From assembly GCA_043778225.1 (NCBI GenBank), contig JAYWGM010000101.1, forward strand, positions 74,760-138,759: DNA of 64,000 nucleotides, given 5' to 3'. Every line of letters begins with the position of its first letter. Position 1 is the first letter of the stretch. The notes beneath the pieces were generated by a model. The model did no database searches and was not told the origin of the DNA. It saw only the letters and a list, made by a program, of their open reading frames with translations. This DNA comes from Deinococcales bacterium (GTDB taxonomy: Bacteria > Deinococcota > Deinococci > Deinococcales > JAAFIG01). Positions 51,682-61,287 of this stretch are shown one piece after another. A program made the translations under genes and the position numbers.

Positions 51682-52416
51682 AAACCCGCGCAATTTTTGC
51701 AGATAACCACGGTCTGTAAAATCCAAGTGCAATGGCGTGACCGAAATAAACCCTTGCTCGAGGGCAGTGTAGTCTGAATCAGCTTCGGAGTCGCCAGTTG
51801 CCACACCACCAATCCAGTAATAATTTTTGCCGTCGGGGTCTTGGCGCTCTGCTACGTTGTCTTCGTAGTGGTGTGTTCCTTGCACCGTGACGCGCACCCC
51901 TTTTGGAATGCCGCTTGGGATATTGACGTTCAGCACTGTTTTATTAGGCAGCCCATGCTCGAGAATTTGCTGGGCGATGACTCGAGCAAAAGCTGCGCTA
52001 TGGGTGTAATCCATGGCGTTGGCAAAGGACTGACTAAACGCAATGCTCGGAATACCAATGTGTGTCCCCTCGATGGCACAGGCAAATGTACCAGAGTGGG
52101 TTAAATCGTAGCCAAGATTAGGTCCATAGTTAATCCCACTGACCACCAAGTCTGGTTTACCAAGCCGATGCACCCCCATGACCACACAATCGGTTGGTGT
52201 GCCATCCACACGGTAGGCTTTGATATTTGGGTGCAGTCCCTCGAGAACCGTGGGCTTAAAACGCAATGGACGGCGAATCGTAATCCCATGCCCAACGCCA
52301 CTTTGCTCAAATTCTGGAGCGACAATAAAAACATCGCCGAGGTCAGCTAAGGCATTGGCAAGCGCCAAAAGCCCGTGGCTATAGATACCATCGTCGTTGG
52401 CGACCAGTATTTTCAT
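51664..52416 (-). CDS. surE: 5'/3'-nucleotidase SurE
   Basis: ILVANDDG, GTPTDCV, SGINYGPN, SGT, SVTPL. Confidence 0.95.
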   Translation of the reverse strand: MKILVANDDGIYSHGLLALANALADLGDVFIVAPEFEQSGVGHGITIRRPLRFKPTVLEGLHPNIKAYRVDGTPTDCVVMGVHRLGKPDLVVSGINYGPNLGYDLTHSGTFACAIEGTHIGIPSIAFSQSFANAMDYTHSAAFARVIAQQILEHGLPNKTVLNVNIPSGIPKGVRVTVQGTHHYEDNVAERQDPDGKNYYWIGGVATGDSEADSDYTALEQGFISVTPLHLDFTDRGYLQKLRGFLAQSL

Positions 52417-52417
52417 C

Positions 52418-54019
52418 TTAAAACTCGACCACAAAAGCACTTTCAATAAAATCCTGCGCCCGTATTGTCTCGAGAATCGTGTCCGATGGACGAGCATCCA
52501 AACCGAGCGCAAAAAGCGCTTTACCACCCGGGGCATCGCGCCCAAGCTGCATACTGGCAATGTTGACATTGGCTTCGCCGAGTAGGCTGCCGATTTTACC
52601 AACCACGCCCGGCTGGTCAAAGTTGGTAGCAATTAAGGCAAAGCCCTCTGGGGCAATCTCGAGGCGGTAATTGCGAATTCTGGTAATTCTGGGCTGACGA
52701 CCAAAGCACGTTCCCGATAAACTGCGAACCCGTTTGCCATCGGACATTGTGACTTTAATTTCGTTGGCATAATCTTCGGATTCGTCGGTGTGCTTGATGC
52801 TCACGGCAATGCCCTGTTCTCGAGCCAGCGCCCGAGCATTGACAAAGTTCGGGGTTTCGCTGGTGACCCGTTTTAAGTAGCCAATCAAAACACTTGAAAA
52901 AACCGGCTCGAGTTCGCTTGGGTTTGCGCCACCCATGCTTAAACTTGGGAATTTGCCGCCAAATTCAACTTCGATTTCGGTGGCTGTGCCAATTTCAAGT
53001 TGCGCCAGCATTATCCCCATCCGCTCGGCTAAAATCATATACGGACCAAGTTTTTCGAGCGCACTGGCATCAAGTTTTGGGGCATTGATTGCCCCATGCG
53101 AATAATCGCCCAACAGGGCTGCACAGACCCGCTCGAGAATTTCATTGCCAACGCGGTCTTGGGCTTCGGTTGTGTTTGCCCCCAAATGCGCCGTTAAAAC
53201 CACATCGTCGCGCCCAAGCAGTGGATTATCTAAACTGGGTGGTTCGGTGATAAAAACATCCACCCCAGCCGCAAACAAATGTCCATCCTCGAGTGCCGCC
53301 GCAATCGCCGCTTCATTGATGATGCCACCTCGAGCCGCATTGACGACCACACCACCAACGGGCATCAGGGCAATTTCTCGAGCGCCAATCATGTCTAGGG
53401 TTTCTTCGCTCAAGGGTACATGAACCGTTAGAACATCTATTTGTTTTAGCAGTTCCTCGAGACTGTGCGCCCGTTTGACCCCAAGCAATTCAAATTTTCT
53501 GTCCGAGATATACGGGTCAAACGCCACCACATTCATTTTTAAGCCCATGGCACGGTTCGCCACAATCGTACCGATTCGCCCCAAGCCAATAATGCCAATG
53601 GTTTTTTCGCGCACTTCGCGTCCAAGGTATTTTCTGTCCCATTTGCCCGCCCGAATCAGGCGGTCAGAACGCGCCACGCCTCGAGAAGCCGCCAGCATTA
53701 AAGTAATTGCCAACTCGCCAGCCGAAACAGTATTGGCTTCTGGGGCATTAAAAACAATAATCCCTTTGCGTGAAGCCGCCTCGAGGTCGATGTTGTCCAC
53801 GCCCACGCCGCCGCGCCCAACGACCCGCAAGCGCAAACCCGCCTCAAGCAATTCGGGGTCTACTTTGGTTCGAGAGCGGGTAATTAAACCGTCAAACTCG
53901 GGCAAACGACGCAGAATTTCTTCTCGAGGCATATTGGCAACATACTCAATCGCAAAGCCTTCGCGGTCAAAGCTGCCGGGGCGAAACTTCATTTCATCAC
54001 AAATCAATATGCGCTGCAT
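52418..54019 (-). CDS. serA: D-3-phosphoglycerate dehydrogenase
   Basis: GRGGVGVDNID, GLGRIG, NAARGG, HLGANT.EAQ; C-terminal ACT domain. Confidence 0.93.
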   Translation of the reverse strand: MQRILICDEMKFRPGSFDREGFAIEYVANMPREEILRRLPEFDGLITRSRTKVDPELLEAGLRLRVVGRGGVGVDNIDLEAASRKGIIVFNAPEANTVSAGELAITLMLAASRGVARSDRLIRAGKWDRKYLGREVREKTIGIIGLGRIGTIVANRAMGLKMNVVAFDPYISDRKFELLGVKRAHSLEELLKQIDVLTVHVPLSEETLDMIGAREIALMPVGGVVVNAARGGIINEAAIAAALEDGHLFAAGVDVFITEPPSLDNPLLGRDDVVLTAHLGANTTEAQDRVGNEILERVCAALLGDYSHGAINAPKLDASALEKLGPYMILAERMGIMLAQLEIGTATEIEVEFGGKFPSLSMGGANPSELEPVFSSVLIGYLKRVTSETPNFVNARALAREQGIAVSIKHTDESEDYANEIKVTMSDGKRVRSLSGTCFGRQPRITRIRNYRLEIAPEGFALIATNFDQPGVVGKIGSLLGEANVNIASMQLGRDAPGGKALFALGLDARPSDTILETIRAQDFIESAFVVEF

Positions 54020-54069
54020 CGCTAGGACTTTACCGATTAAGACAAAATGAAGCAAGTCCCAAGACTAGA

Positions 54070-55866
54070 CTAATAAGTGGTTGCACCCGATTTGGTTTTT
54101 AGGGTCTCGAGCAGTGCCGTGTCAGAAGCAGCCGTAGCAGCATGATACGCCGTAAAATGTTCTTGGATGGTGCGAATTGTGCCATACCGTGGTGCGCCAT
54201 TCAAGGTGCTGTCGGATAAGAAACTTCGCAAAGCAGTCAAATCGGCTGAACTGTAGGTGTCTTTCTCGAGCGATTCGATTTGCAGATAGGTTGCCATCCG
54301 AAAACCATTGCCTACCATTCTCGAGAATAAATTGATCGATTCGGTTTTAAGTTCGCTCGGGAATTTAATGTTTTTGTCTTCATTCCATTCTTTATCCAAC
54401 ACGCCACGCCCGTAGCCAATAAAATAACTAAAATTCATGATGAACTTGGGGGCTTGGTACTCAACTCGATTTGGTCTGGTCAGGGCTTTGGCATTGGCTT
54501 CTGGCAGTGTACCTTTACTAACCAAGCGTGTTAAAGTCATAAAAGCATTGTGGTTAAAAAGCCGTTCTTCGATTAAAGTGGCAACCATATACTCAGCCAC
54601 GGCGCTGGCATTTGAGCCACTGATTCGGGCAAAGCTCGGGTCAAACGTAAAACCAATCCAAAACCATGTTAAACGCAGCGCCTGTTCTTCTGTGCCAGCC
54701 GCCCTTGCCGCATCGATGCTGTTCAGGGCAAATTCTGGATAACCCAATTTTCGTAAGTTTTCGCGGAACGAACCAACCGCACCTGTGGACTCGAGCATCG
54801 TGCGACCCATATCGCCAATTTCCCACGGGTTGGCAGGCAAAAATTCAAGGTTGCCTCGAGTCTGCATAAAAGCAAAATTGGGGTCTTGGTCAAGGTACTT
54901 AAAAGCAATCCCATCGGCAAAAAACTCTTCTAAGCGCCCTAAAGTCTCGAGTCGCATCATGTGCTGACCGATTAAGGCGCTTAAAAATTTATCGCGGTTG
55001 AAGTCGTCCATTGCGCCACACGCCAAATGAGGATTAATACCATCAGCCGTACACGCCCCTAAAAGCGGCACTTGAGTCATGTCTTTGGCAGCGATGTACA
55101 TTTTCCAAAATGTCTGGTTGTTTGGGTTCGATAGGTAAGCATCTTGCAAGGCTTGCCACTCGAGTTTGCGCTCGGGCTTGGGGTCGTGAGCAATGTCGGC
55201 AATCCAATCGTTAAATGTGCCTTCGGCTGTGCCGTGGTGTAAATCGGCGCTCCAAAGTGGATACAAAATACCAGTTTGCATTTTGCGTAAATTGAGGCGC
55301 TGTGGGTTTGCCCCAGCCGCATTTGAGCCTTTGACTAAATCTAAAAGTTCATCGCGGGCTTTTTTGGCGCTCTCGAGGCTGGCAATCGGTGCGCCGTACA
55401 GGGTTGGCAAAAATGGCTCGAGGCTTTTGGCAAAGGCAATATCACGCTTGACATTGGCAATGTGTGGCACATCAGTCAAATCGGGTAGGATTTGCGCTCC
55501 TGTCGGTTGAAACGGACGAAAGCTGCGAGCATTGGTGCTGGGCATTTTGTACTGGGCGCGAAGTTGGCTAATGGCTTGCACCAGTGCTTTGGCTTCGTTG
55601 GGCGTTGCGCCATCTATTTTGGCACGACGCTCGAGGTCGGTGGTACTCGAGCCAATTCGGGCTAAATCAAAAAAATCTGCCCCGTGACAACCTGCACAAG
55701 ACCCTTTTGGATGACGACTTAAATCGTCATCGCGCCACAAGTTCATGGCGACTGCTTGCGCCTCGGCTGGGGTGAAGGACTCAACTGTCGGTTCGGGCGG
55801 TTTACCACACGCCAGCAAAGCCAAAATCATAAAACTCGAGAGCCATACAAAACGCGAGGGATTCAT
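54070..55866 (-). CDS. Hypothetical lipoprotein with a CxxCH haem-binding motif
   Basis: LLAC lipobox; CAGCH near the N-terminus; remainder unrecognised. Confidence 0.6.
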   Translation of the reverse strand: MNPSRFVWLSSFMILALLACGKPPEPTVESFTPAEAQAVAMNLWRDDDLSRHPKGSCAGCHGADFFDLARIGSSTTDLERRAKIDGATPNEAKALVQAISQLRAQYKMPSTNARSFRPFQPTGAQILPDLTDVPHIANVKRDIAFAKSLEPFLPTLYGAPIASLESAKKARDELLDLVKGSNAAGANPQRLNLRKMQTGILYPLWSADLHHGTAEGTFNDWIADIAHDPKPERKLEWQALQDAYLSNPNNQTFWKMYIAAKDMTQVPLLGACTADGINPHLACGAMDDFNRDKFLSALIGQHMMRLETLGRLEEFFADGIAFKYLDQDPNFAFMQTRGNLEFLPANPWEIGDMGRTMLESTGAVGSFRENLRKLGYPEFALNSIDAARAAGTEEQALRLTWFWIGFTFDPSFARISGSNASAVAEYMVATLIEERLFNHNAFMTLTRLVSKGTLPEANAKALTRPNRVEYQAPKFIMNFSYFIGYGRGVLDKEWNEDKNIKFPSELKTESINLFSRMVGNGFRMATYLQIESLEKDTYSSADLTALRSFLSDSTLNGAPRYGTIRTIQEHFTAYHAATAASDTALLETLKTKSGATTY

Positions 55867-55910
55867 AACCAACAGTTTACAAAGTCTTTTGAAAAATTCC
55901 TGTAAAAAAT

Positions 55911-57251
55911 TCACACTGGTTTCAAATGCCGTTTGGCAGTCTCGAGAAAACGGTCACGCCCCAGCGCAAGCGGCAATATCGGGGCGGGGTACAACTTTGG
56001 TGGGCGTAAACTTGTCCACGGCTGGTGAGCTTCTTTGTTGGGTAAATCGGCTAATTCTGGTACAAAGCGTTTGATGTATTCGCCGCTCGAGTCAAATTTT
56101 TCGCCTTGGGTGACGGGATTAAAAACCCGAAAGTACGGCGCGGCATCCACCCCACAACCGGCGCTCCATTGCCAACCGCCGTTGTTACTGGCAAGGTCGC
56201 CATCCAAGAGTAAGTTATTAAAGTGTGCTTCGCCCAATTGCCAATTTTGCAATAGGTGCTTAGACAAAAAACTTGCCACAATCATTCGTACCCGGTTGTG
56301 CATCCAGCCTGTGGTCGCCAATTGGCGCATTCCGGCATCCACAATTGGATACCCAGTATTGCCACTTTTCCAAGCCTCGAGGTCTAGCTTATCGTTGCGC
56401 CACGGGAAGTCGTTCCACTCGGGGCGAAAGGCTTCTTGCGCCAGACGCGGCTCTGCCAGCAAAATATGGCGGTAAAAATCGCGCCAGCAGAGTTCGCGCA
56501 CCCAACCAGTCATGCCAGCTTGGGTCGCACGTGCTGCTGCCACCCGAGGCGAAATCGTACCAAGGTGTAAGTCGAGCGACAACCGACTTGTGCCTTCAAT
56601 ACTCGGTATATCGCGCTTGGTGTCGTAGAACAGCCCAATTTGGCGAATAAATTGCTCGAGACGATACAGCGCAGCTTCTTCTCCCGCCTTAGGTAAATGA
56701 ACTCCTGCGGCAGGAGTTGGAAGCTCGAGACCAACCAAACCATGTGGCTCGAGTTTTTGCGGTGTCGCCACGATTTCGGGCATGGCAATGTTGCTCCAGG
56801 TGCGCCAAAAAGGTGTAAAAACTTTATAGGTTGTGCCACTGCCACTCAAGACCGTATTTGGCTCGAGAATGCAGTCTCCAGACAACAATTTGAATTCGAT
56901 ACCAGCCGCCTCGAGAACTGTTTTGACCCGTACATCCCGTGCCATGCCAATCGGTTCATAACTTTTAAGGGCATAGACCGCTTTTGCACCACTTTCTCGA
57001 GCCAAGCGCAACAACTGACTTTCGGGTGTGCCAGCACACAAAACCAGACTCGAGCCAAGGGCGGTGTAGGATTCGGACAGAGCTTGTAAACAAGCATAGA
57101 GCCACTGGACACGGTTGTTGCCAGTATACGGTGCAGCCAATAAACTCGGGTCAAGGATAAAACAGGGCAGAACTTGTCCTCGAGAGGCTGCCATTGCCAA
57201 AGCTGGATGGTCGTGGGTGCGTAAATCGGCTCTGTGCCAAACAAGAATCAT
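55911..57251 (-). CDS. phr: Deoxyribodipyrimidine photolyase
   Basis: W.R.DLR..D.PAL, TSRLS..L..G.IS, TGYPIVDAGMRQL..TGWMHNR.RM, NNGGWQW. Confidence 0.93.
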   Translation of the reverse strand: MILVWHRADLRTHDHPALAMAASRGQVLPCFILDPSLLAAPYTGNNRVQWLYACLQALSESYTALGSSLVLCAGTPESQLLRLARESGAKAVYALKSYEPIGMARDVRVKTVLEAAGIEFKLLSGDCILEPNTVLSGSGTTYKVFTPFWRTWSNIAMPEIVATPQKLEPHGLVGLELPTPAAGVHLPKAGEEAALYRLEQFIRQIGLFYDTKRDIPSIEGTSRLSLDLHLGTISPRVAAARATQAGMTGWVRELCWRDFYRHILLAEPRLAQEAFRPEWNDFPWRNDKLDLEAWKSGNTGYPIVDAGMRQLATTGWMHNRVRMIVASFLSKHLLQNWQLGEAHFNNLLLDGDLASNNGGWQWSAGCGVDAAPYFRVFNPVTQGEKFDSSGEYIKRFVPELADLPNKEAHQPWTSLRPPKLYPAPILPLALGRDRFLETAKRHLKPV

Positions 57252-57313
57252 GGTTTGAGTTTACGTGATGCTCGAGTTGCAAGACTGTAGGCTGCGGCTC
57301 GAGTAGAGGCAGA

Positions 57314-57475
57314 ATTTCTTGGCAATTGGTTGGTCGGGCGCATGGCGAGATTTTTGGCACAATTTTGCCGGCTGCTACGATGCTCGAGGTCTCGAGATTG
57401 ATTGCCCCCAAGATGCTGGTAGAGATTGAGGCGGATGCCATTTCTTTGATAGACTACCCGCATGGCAATTTTTAG
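57314..57475 (+). pseudogene. C-terminal remnant of a RidA/YjgF-family gene
   Basis: Translates ISWQLVGRAHGEIFGTILPAATMLEVSRLIAPKMLVEIEADAI; no N-terminal half; not in the ORF track. Confidence 0.7.
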
Positions 57476-58955
57476 TCGTTCAAGTGGAGTGCTGCTCCAT
57501 CCGTCGTCGTTTCCGGGGCGTTTTGGCATTGGTACGCTGGGTTTGGCAGCCCTCGAGTGGATTGATTGGCTGGCATTGGCAGGGCAAAAGCTCTGGCAGG
57601 TCTTACCGCTTGGTCATACGGGCTATGGGGATTCGCCCTATCAGAGCTTTGGGGCATTTGCGGGCAATCCGTTGCTGATTGATTTAGAACTGCTACAAGC
57701 CGATGGTTTTTTGTCGGTGGAAGCGCTTCAAAATACGCCAGACTTTCCAGCCGACAGTGTGGATTTCGGTTGGATTTATATTTGGAAATGGCAGATTTTA
57801 CGTCTGGCGGCTGATTCTTGGCAACTTAAAGCCTCGGAATCCGAACAGACTGCGTTTAAGGTATGGCGAAATGCCAATCGGTCGTGGCTCGAGGATTACG
57901 CCCTGTTTATGGCGTGTAAAAATGCCCATGGTGGGCAACCTTGGAACACTTGGAAGCCCGAACTTGTGCGCCGTGAAACATCGGCACTCGAGGCAGCCCG
58001 ACTCGAGTATGCTTCGGACATCACTTTATATGCTTTAACTCAGTTTTGGTTTTTTAGTCAATGGGCAATGGTGCAACGGGCGGCTCGAGCTAAAGGGATT
58101 CGGATTATTGGCGATATTCCAATTTTTGTGGCGCACGATTCTTCGGATGTTTGGGCAAACCAAGGTTTATTTGCACTCGAGCCAGATGGCAGCCCAAGTG
58201 TGGTGGCGGGTGTGCCACCAGATTATTTTAGTGCTACAGGGCAGCTTTGGGGCAATCCACATTACCGTTTTGATGTCATGGCAAAGGATGGCTTTGCATG
58301 GTGGTTACAGCGTTTTGAAGAAACCTTTAAGACCGTAGACATTGTGCGGGTAGACCATTTTCGGGGTTTTGAAGCCTATTGGGAAATCCCCGGAACAGCC
58401 GAAACCGCGATTGATGGGCGTTGGGTCAAAGCCCCCGGAGTCGAATTGTTTAATGCCGTCCGAGCCAAATTTGGCGACTTAGCGATTATTGCCGAAGACT
58501 TAGGCGTGATTACCAAAGAAGTCGAAGCCTTGCGTGATGGGTTTAATTTGCCCGGCATGAAAATTTTGCAATTTGCTTTTTACGGTTCAGAAAACGATGC
58601 CTTTTTGCCGCATACCTATACCCCAAATTGCGTGGTCTATACTGGTACGCACGATAACGACACGACGCTGGGCTGGTGGCTGTCCGAATCCGAAACAGTT
58701 CGCGCCAAAGCCAAAGCCTATTTGGGTATTAACGGCAAGGATATTGTCTGGGATTTAATTCGGGCGGCTTGGAATTCAAAAGCAGTCATGGCACTGACTC
58801 CGCTCCAAGATTTACTCGAGTTACCAACCCAGCAGCGTATGAATTTACCCGGCAGCCTTGGTGGTACAAACTGGGCTTGGCGTTACTCGAGCCAAGTTTT
58901 AAGTCCAACTTTGGCGGCTAAACTCAAAGCGCTAACGGTCTCGAGCCAACGCTAG
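57462..58955 (+). CDS. malQ: 4-alpha-glucanotransferase (GH77)
   Basis: SGVLLHPSS, SPYQS, GDIPIFV, RVDHFRGF, IAEDLG, YTGTHDNDT. Confidence 0.95.
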   Translation: MAIFSRSSGVLLHPSSFPGRFGIGTLGLAALEWIDWLALAGQKLWQVLPLGHTGYGDSPYQSFGAFAGNPLLIDLELLQADGFLSVEALQNTPDFPADSVDFGWIYIWKWQILRLAADSWQLKASESEQTAFKVWRNANRSWLEDYALFMACKNAHGGQPWNTWKPELVRRETSALEAARLEYASDITLYALTQFWFFSQWAMVQRAARAKGIRIIGDIPIFVAHDSSDVWANQGLFALEPDGSPSVVAGVPPDYFSATGQLWGNPHYRFDVMAKDGFAWWLQRFEETFKTVDIVRVDHFRGFEAYWEIPGTAETAIDGRWVKAPGVELFNAVRAKFGDLAIIAEDLGVITKEVEALRDGFNLPGMKILQFAFYGSENDAFLPHTYTPNCVVYTGTHDNDTTLGWWLSESETVRAKAKAYLGINGKDIVWDLIRAAWNSKAVMALTPLQDLLELPTQQRMNLPGSLGGTNWAWRYSSQVLSPTLAAKLKALTVSSQR

Positions 58956-59006
58956 GCTTTTTAGGTCTAGCCACCAATCGCTTTTTAGGTCTAGCCACCA
59001 ATCGCT
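58956..59006. repeat. 24-bp tandem duplication between convergent stop codons
   Basis: GCTTTTTAGGTCTAGCCACCAATC x2; includes the moaA stop. Confidence 0.9.
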
Positions 59007-59989
59007 ACCATCGTGCGTTCGCGGATTTTGGGCAGCAAATCGCCCATTCGATCTTTTTTGTGCGCCGCCTCGAGCAGGACATCTATTAAAGCCTCGATTG
59101 GGTTAGGGCTGTCAAAGGCAGCATTGGCGTTCAGTTCGCGGTCGGTCAGTAAACAGGGGCGAACTTTACGATCGGCGGTCAGGCGCATTCTCGAGCAAGC
59201 GCCACAAAAAGGCTCGGAAATTGGATTGATAAAACCAAGTGTGCCTAAGCTGTTTGGGACTTTATAGACTCGAGCCGGACTGGATGGGTCGGTTGGCACG
59301 ACTTCAAGCACCCCAAAGACTTCTTCAATCATGGCTTTGACCATAGCGCCCGACAAAAAAGCGCTGTTATAACTTTCTAAATCCGAGTTATTAAGGTGCA
59401 TATATTCAATAAAGCGCACATGAAGTGGTTGCTCGAGCGATAACCGCGCTAAATTGACCAATTCGGTGTGGTTAATACCCTGCATCGAGACTGCGTTTAA
59501 CTTCACAGGATGCAGATTTAACTCGAGTGCTAGGTCTATGGCATCTAAAACTTGTTTGACATCGCCGCCGCCCGTGGCTTGACGAAAAATGCTTGGGTTA
59601 AGGGCATCTATCGAGATATTAACGCGGTTTAAGCCAGCCTCGAGTAATTCTTTGTGTCTGCGCCGAAACATTGTGCCATTGGTGGTCAGGGCAATGTCTT
59701 TGACTCCCGGGGTGGCTCTGGCATTATCCATCATTTGTGGCAGTTCTTTACGCAACAACGGCTCGCCACCGGTAAAACGGGCAGCATCTAAGCCCAAAAG
59801 TGCCGAAGCACGGACAAAATTATCCACATCTTTGACACTTAAACCGCCACGTGGTTCGGGGTGCGAATCGGTCAGGGGGTCGCAATAAGCACAATGGAAA
59901 TTGCAACGTGGTGTGACCGAAATTCGTAGGTCACGAATGATTCGCCCAAAACGATCCATCAATACAGTTGGGCGCTCGAGATTTTGCAT
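58991..59989 (-). CDS. moaA: GTP 3',8-cyclase
   Basis: CNFHCAYC radical-SAM motif, FTGGEPL, FCGACSRMRLTAD...PCL, terminal GG. Confidence 0.93.
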   Translation of the reverse strand: MQNLERPTVLMDRFGRIIRDLRISVTPRCNFHCAYCDPLTDSHPEPRGGLSVKDVDNFVRASALLGLDAARFTGGEPLLRKELPQMMDNARATPGVKDIALTTNGTMFRRRHKELLEAGLNRVNISIDALNPSIFRQATGGGDVKQVLDAIDLALELNLHPVKLNAVSMQGINHTELVNLARLSLEQPLHVRFIEYMHLNNSDLESYNSAFLSGAMVKAMIEEVFGVLEVVPTDPSSPARVYKVPNSLGTLGFINPISEPFCGACSRMRLTADRKVRPCLLTDRELNANAAFDSPNPIEALIDVLLEAAHKKDRMGDLLPKIRERTMVAIGG

Positions 59990-60083
59990 ATTGGCATTCT
60001 AAGCCCAAACTTTGTGTAAAAATGTTGGCAACACAACAGGGGTGCAATGAATTGGATAGACTTTCGTGGTTCATCCCCACATC

Positions 60084-60231
60084 GGAACATTGGGGTATTG
60101 TTTCGTAATGGCATCGGCTCGCTCGAGGTCAAGGTCATCAAAAATCAAAGTCGGCAATTCTTTATTCGCTAAACTGCTCATAAAAGCCCGAGCCGCAAAT
60201 GCACCAATGTACTTGGTTGCAAGGTAATCCA
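60084..60231 (-). pseudogene. Internal fragment of a PIN/VapC toxin gene (diverged copy of 62401-62549)
   Basis: Collinear nucleotide match by eye to the PIN gene, with scattered substitutions. Confidence 0.85.
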
Positions 60232-60311
60232 CTCGAGAATATCAGAGGTACAAATGCCAGTGCCAGTTTAGCAAGGGTTCTCGAGGTGGCAAGGGTGCTG
60301 CCACAAGATAG
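60232..60311 (+). repeat. TA-array delimiter repeat, copy R1
   Basis: Core GCCAGTGCCAGTTTAGCAAGGGTTCTCGAGGTGGCAAGGGTG...CACAAGATAG. Confidence 0.9.
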
Positions 60312-60404
60312 TTTTGTTTACTCGAGAACCCACGTACACGCACATATTCGAGAATTCTTAGCTTGCCATTGACAATTTATCGTAACAACAATATCATTGT
60401 CATT

Positions 60405-60860
60405 ATGATTCCAAAGTTCACCAAAACAGGTTTATTACCCGCAGGTGAACACATAGCAACTTGGGAAGAAATTGTTGCCCATTACGGAACAAATTCACAC
60501 CGGTTACGATTACTCGCAGGATTATTTGAAGCTCTCCTTGCACTCCGAACTGCTAAAAGCCAATGGATACTCATTAACGGCAGTTTTGTAACCGATAAAG
60601 AATTCCCAAATGATATTGATGCCTGTTACGACGACCAAAACCTTGATTACGACTTACTCGAGCAACTTGAACCCAGCTTACTAGAATTTGACAATGCCAG
60701 AGCCGCCCAAAAAGCCAGATTCGGTTGTGAATTCTTCCCCGCTCGAGCCGTAGCCGATAGCGCAGGTAAAACCTTCCAGCACTTTTTTCAATTTGACCGT
60801 TATAACCAAGCCAAAGGCATTATTAAACTCGAGCTAAACCAACAAGGAGGCAACCCATGA
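60405..60860 (+). CDS. DUF6932-like putative nucleotidyltransferase
   Basis: G.LP.G.H..TW.E, NGSFVT.K..PNDID, KGII.L; TTGACA-17-TATCAT 7 nt before ATG (leaderless). Confidence 0.7.
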   Translation: MIPKFTKTGLLPAGEHIATWEEIVAHYGTNSHRLRLLAGLFEALLALRTAKSQWILINGSFVTDKEFPNDIDACYDDQNLDYDLLEQLEPSLLEFDNARAAQKARFGCEFFPARAVADSAGKTFQHFFQFDRYNQAKGIIKLELNQQGGNP

Positions 60861-61252
60861 TTCAGAACGAATTGCAATACCGAGTCACAAAAACCAGATT
60901 GCGTGAATTTCAAGAAACCCAAAATAATCTTGAACAAGACGGCATCAAAGGCAAAGCACTTGAGGTGCGGCGCAAAGCAGTCGCCAGCATGATTGCCGAA
61001 CTGAGCCTTTCACTGGAGGCATTCCAAGCCACTAAAACCCAAGGTATTCCAAACACCTTGCTGAGTCTCGAGCAAATACCAGACGACCTGATTAAAGCCA
61101 GAATAGCGGCTGGATTAACCCAAGCCAGTCTTGCCAAAACCCTGCACTTAAAACCACAGCAGATTCAAAGGTACGAAGCCACCAAGTACGCCAGTGCCAG
61201 TTTAGCAAGGGTTCTCGAGGTGGCAAGGGTGTTGCAAAATGCCACAAGATAG
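60857..61252 (+). CDS. XRE-family HTH protein
   Basis: MIQNE.QY..T; LIKARIAAGLTQ..LA..L....QQIQRYEA..Y.SASL; GGAGG RBS and ATGA coupling. Confidence 0.88.
   Translation: MIQNELQYRVTKTRLREFQETQNNLEQDGIKGKALEVRRKAVASMIAELSLSLEAFQATKTQGIPNTLLSLEQIPDDLIKARIAAGLTQASLAKTLHLKPQQIQRYEATKYASASLARVLEVARVLQNATR
61170..61252 (+). repeat. TA-array delimiter repeat, copy R2 (the coding 3' end of the HTH gene)
   Basis: Same core as R1, R3 and R4; encodes YEATKYASASLARVLEVARVLQNATR*. Confidence 0.9.
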
Positions 61253-61287
61253 TTTTACTCAAGCAAATGAAAAACCAGCGACTTTGG

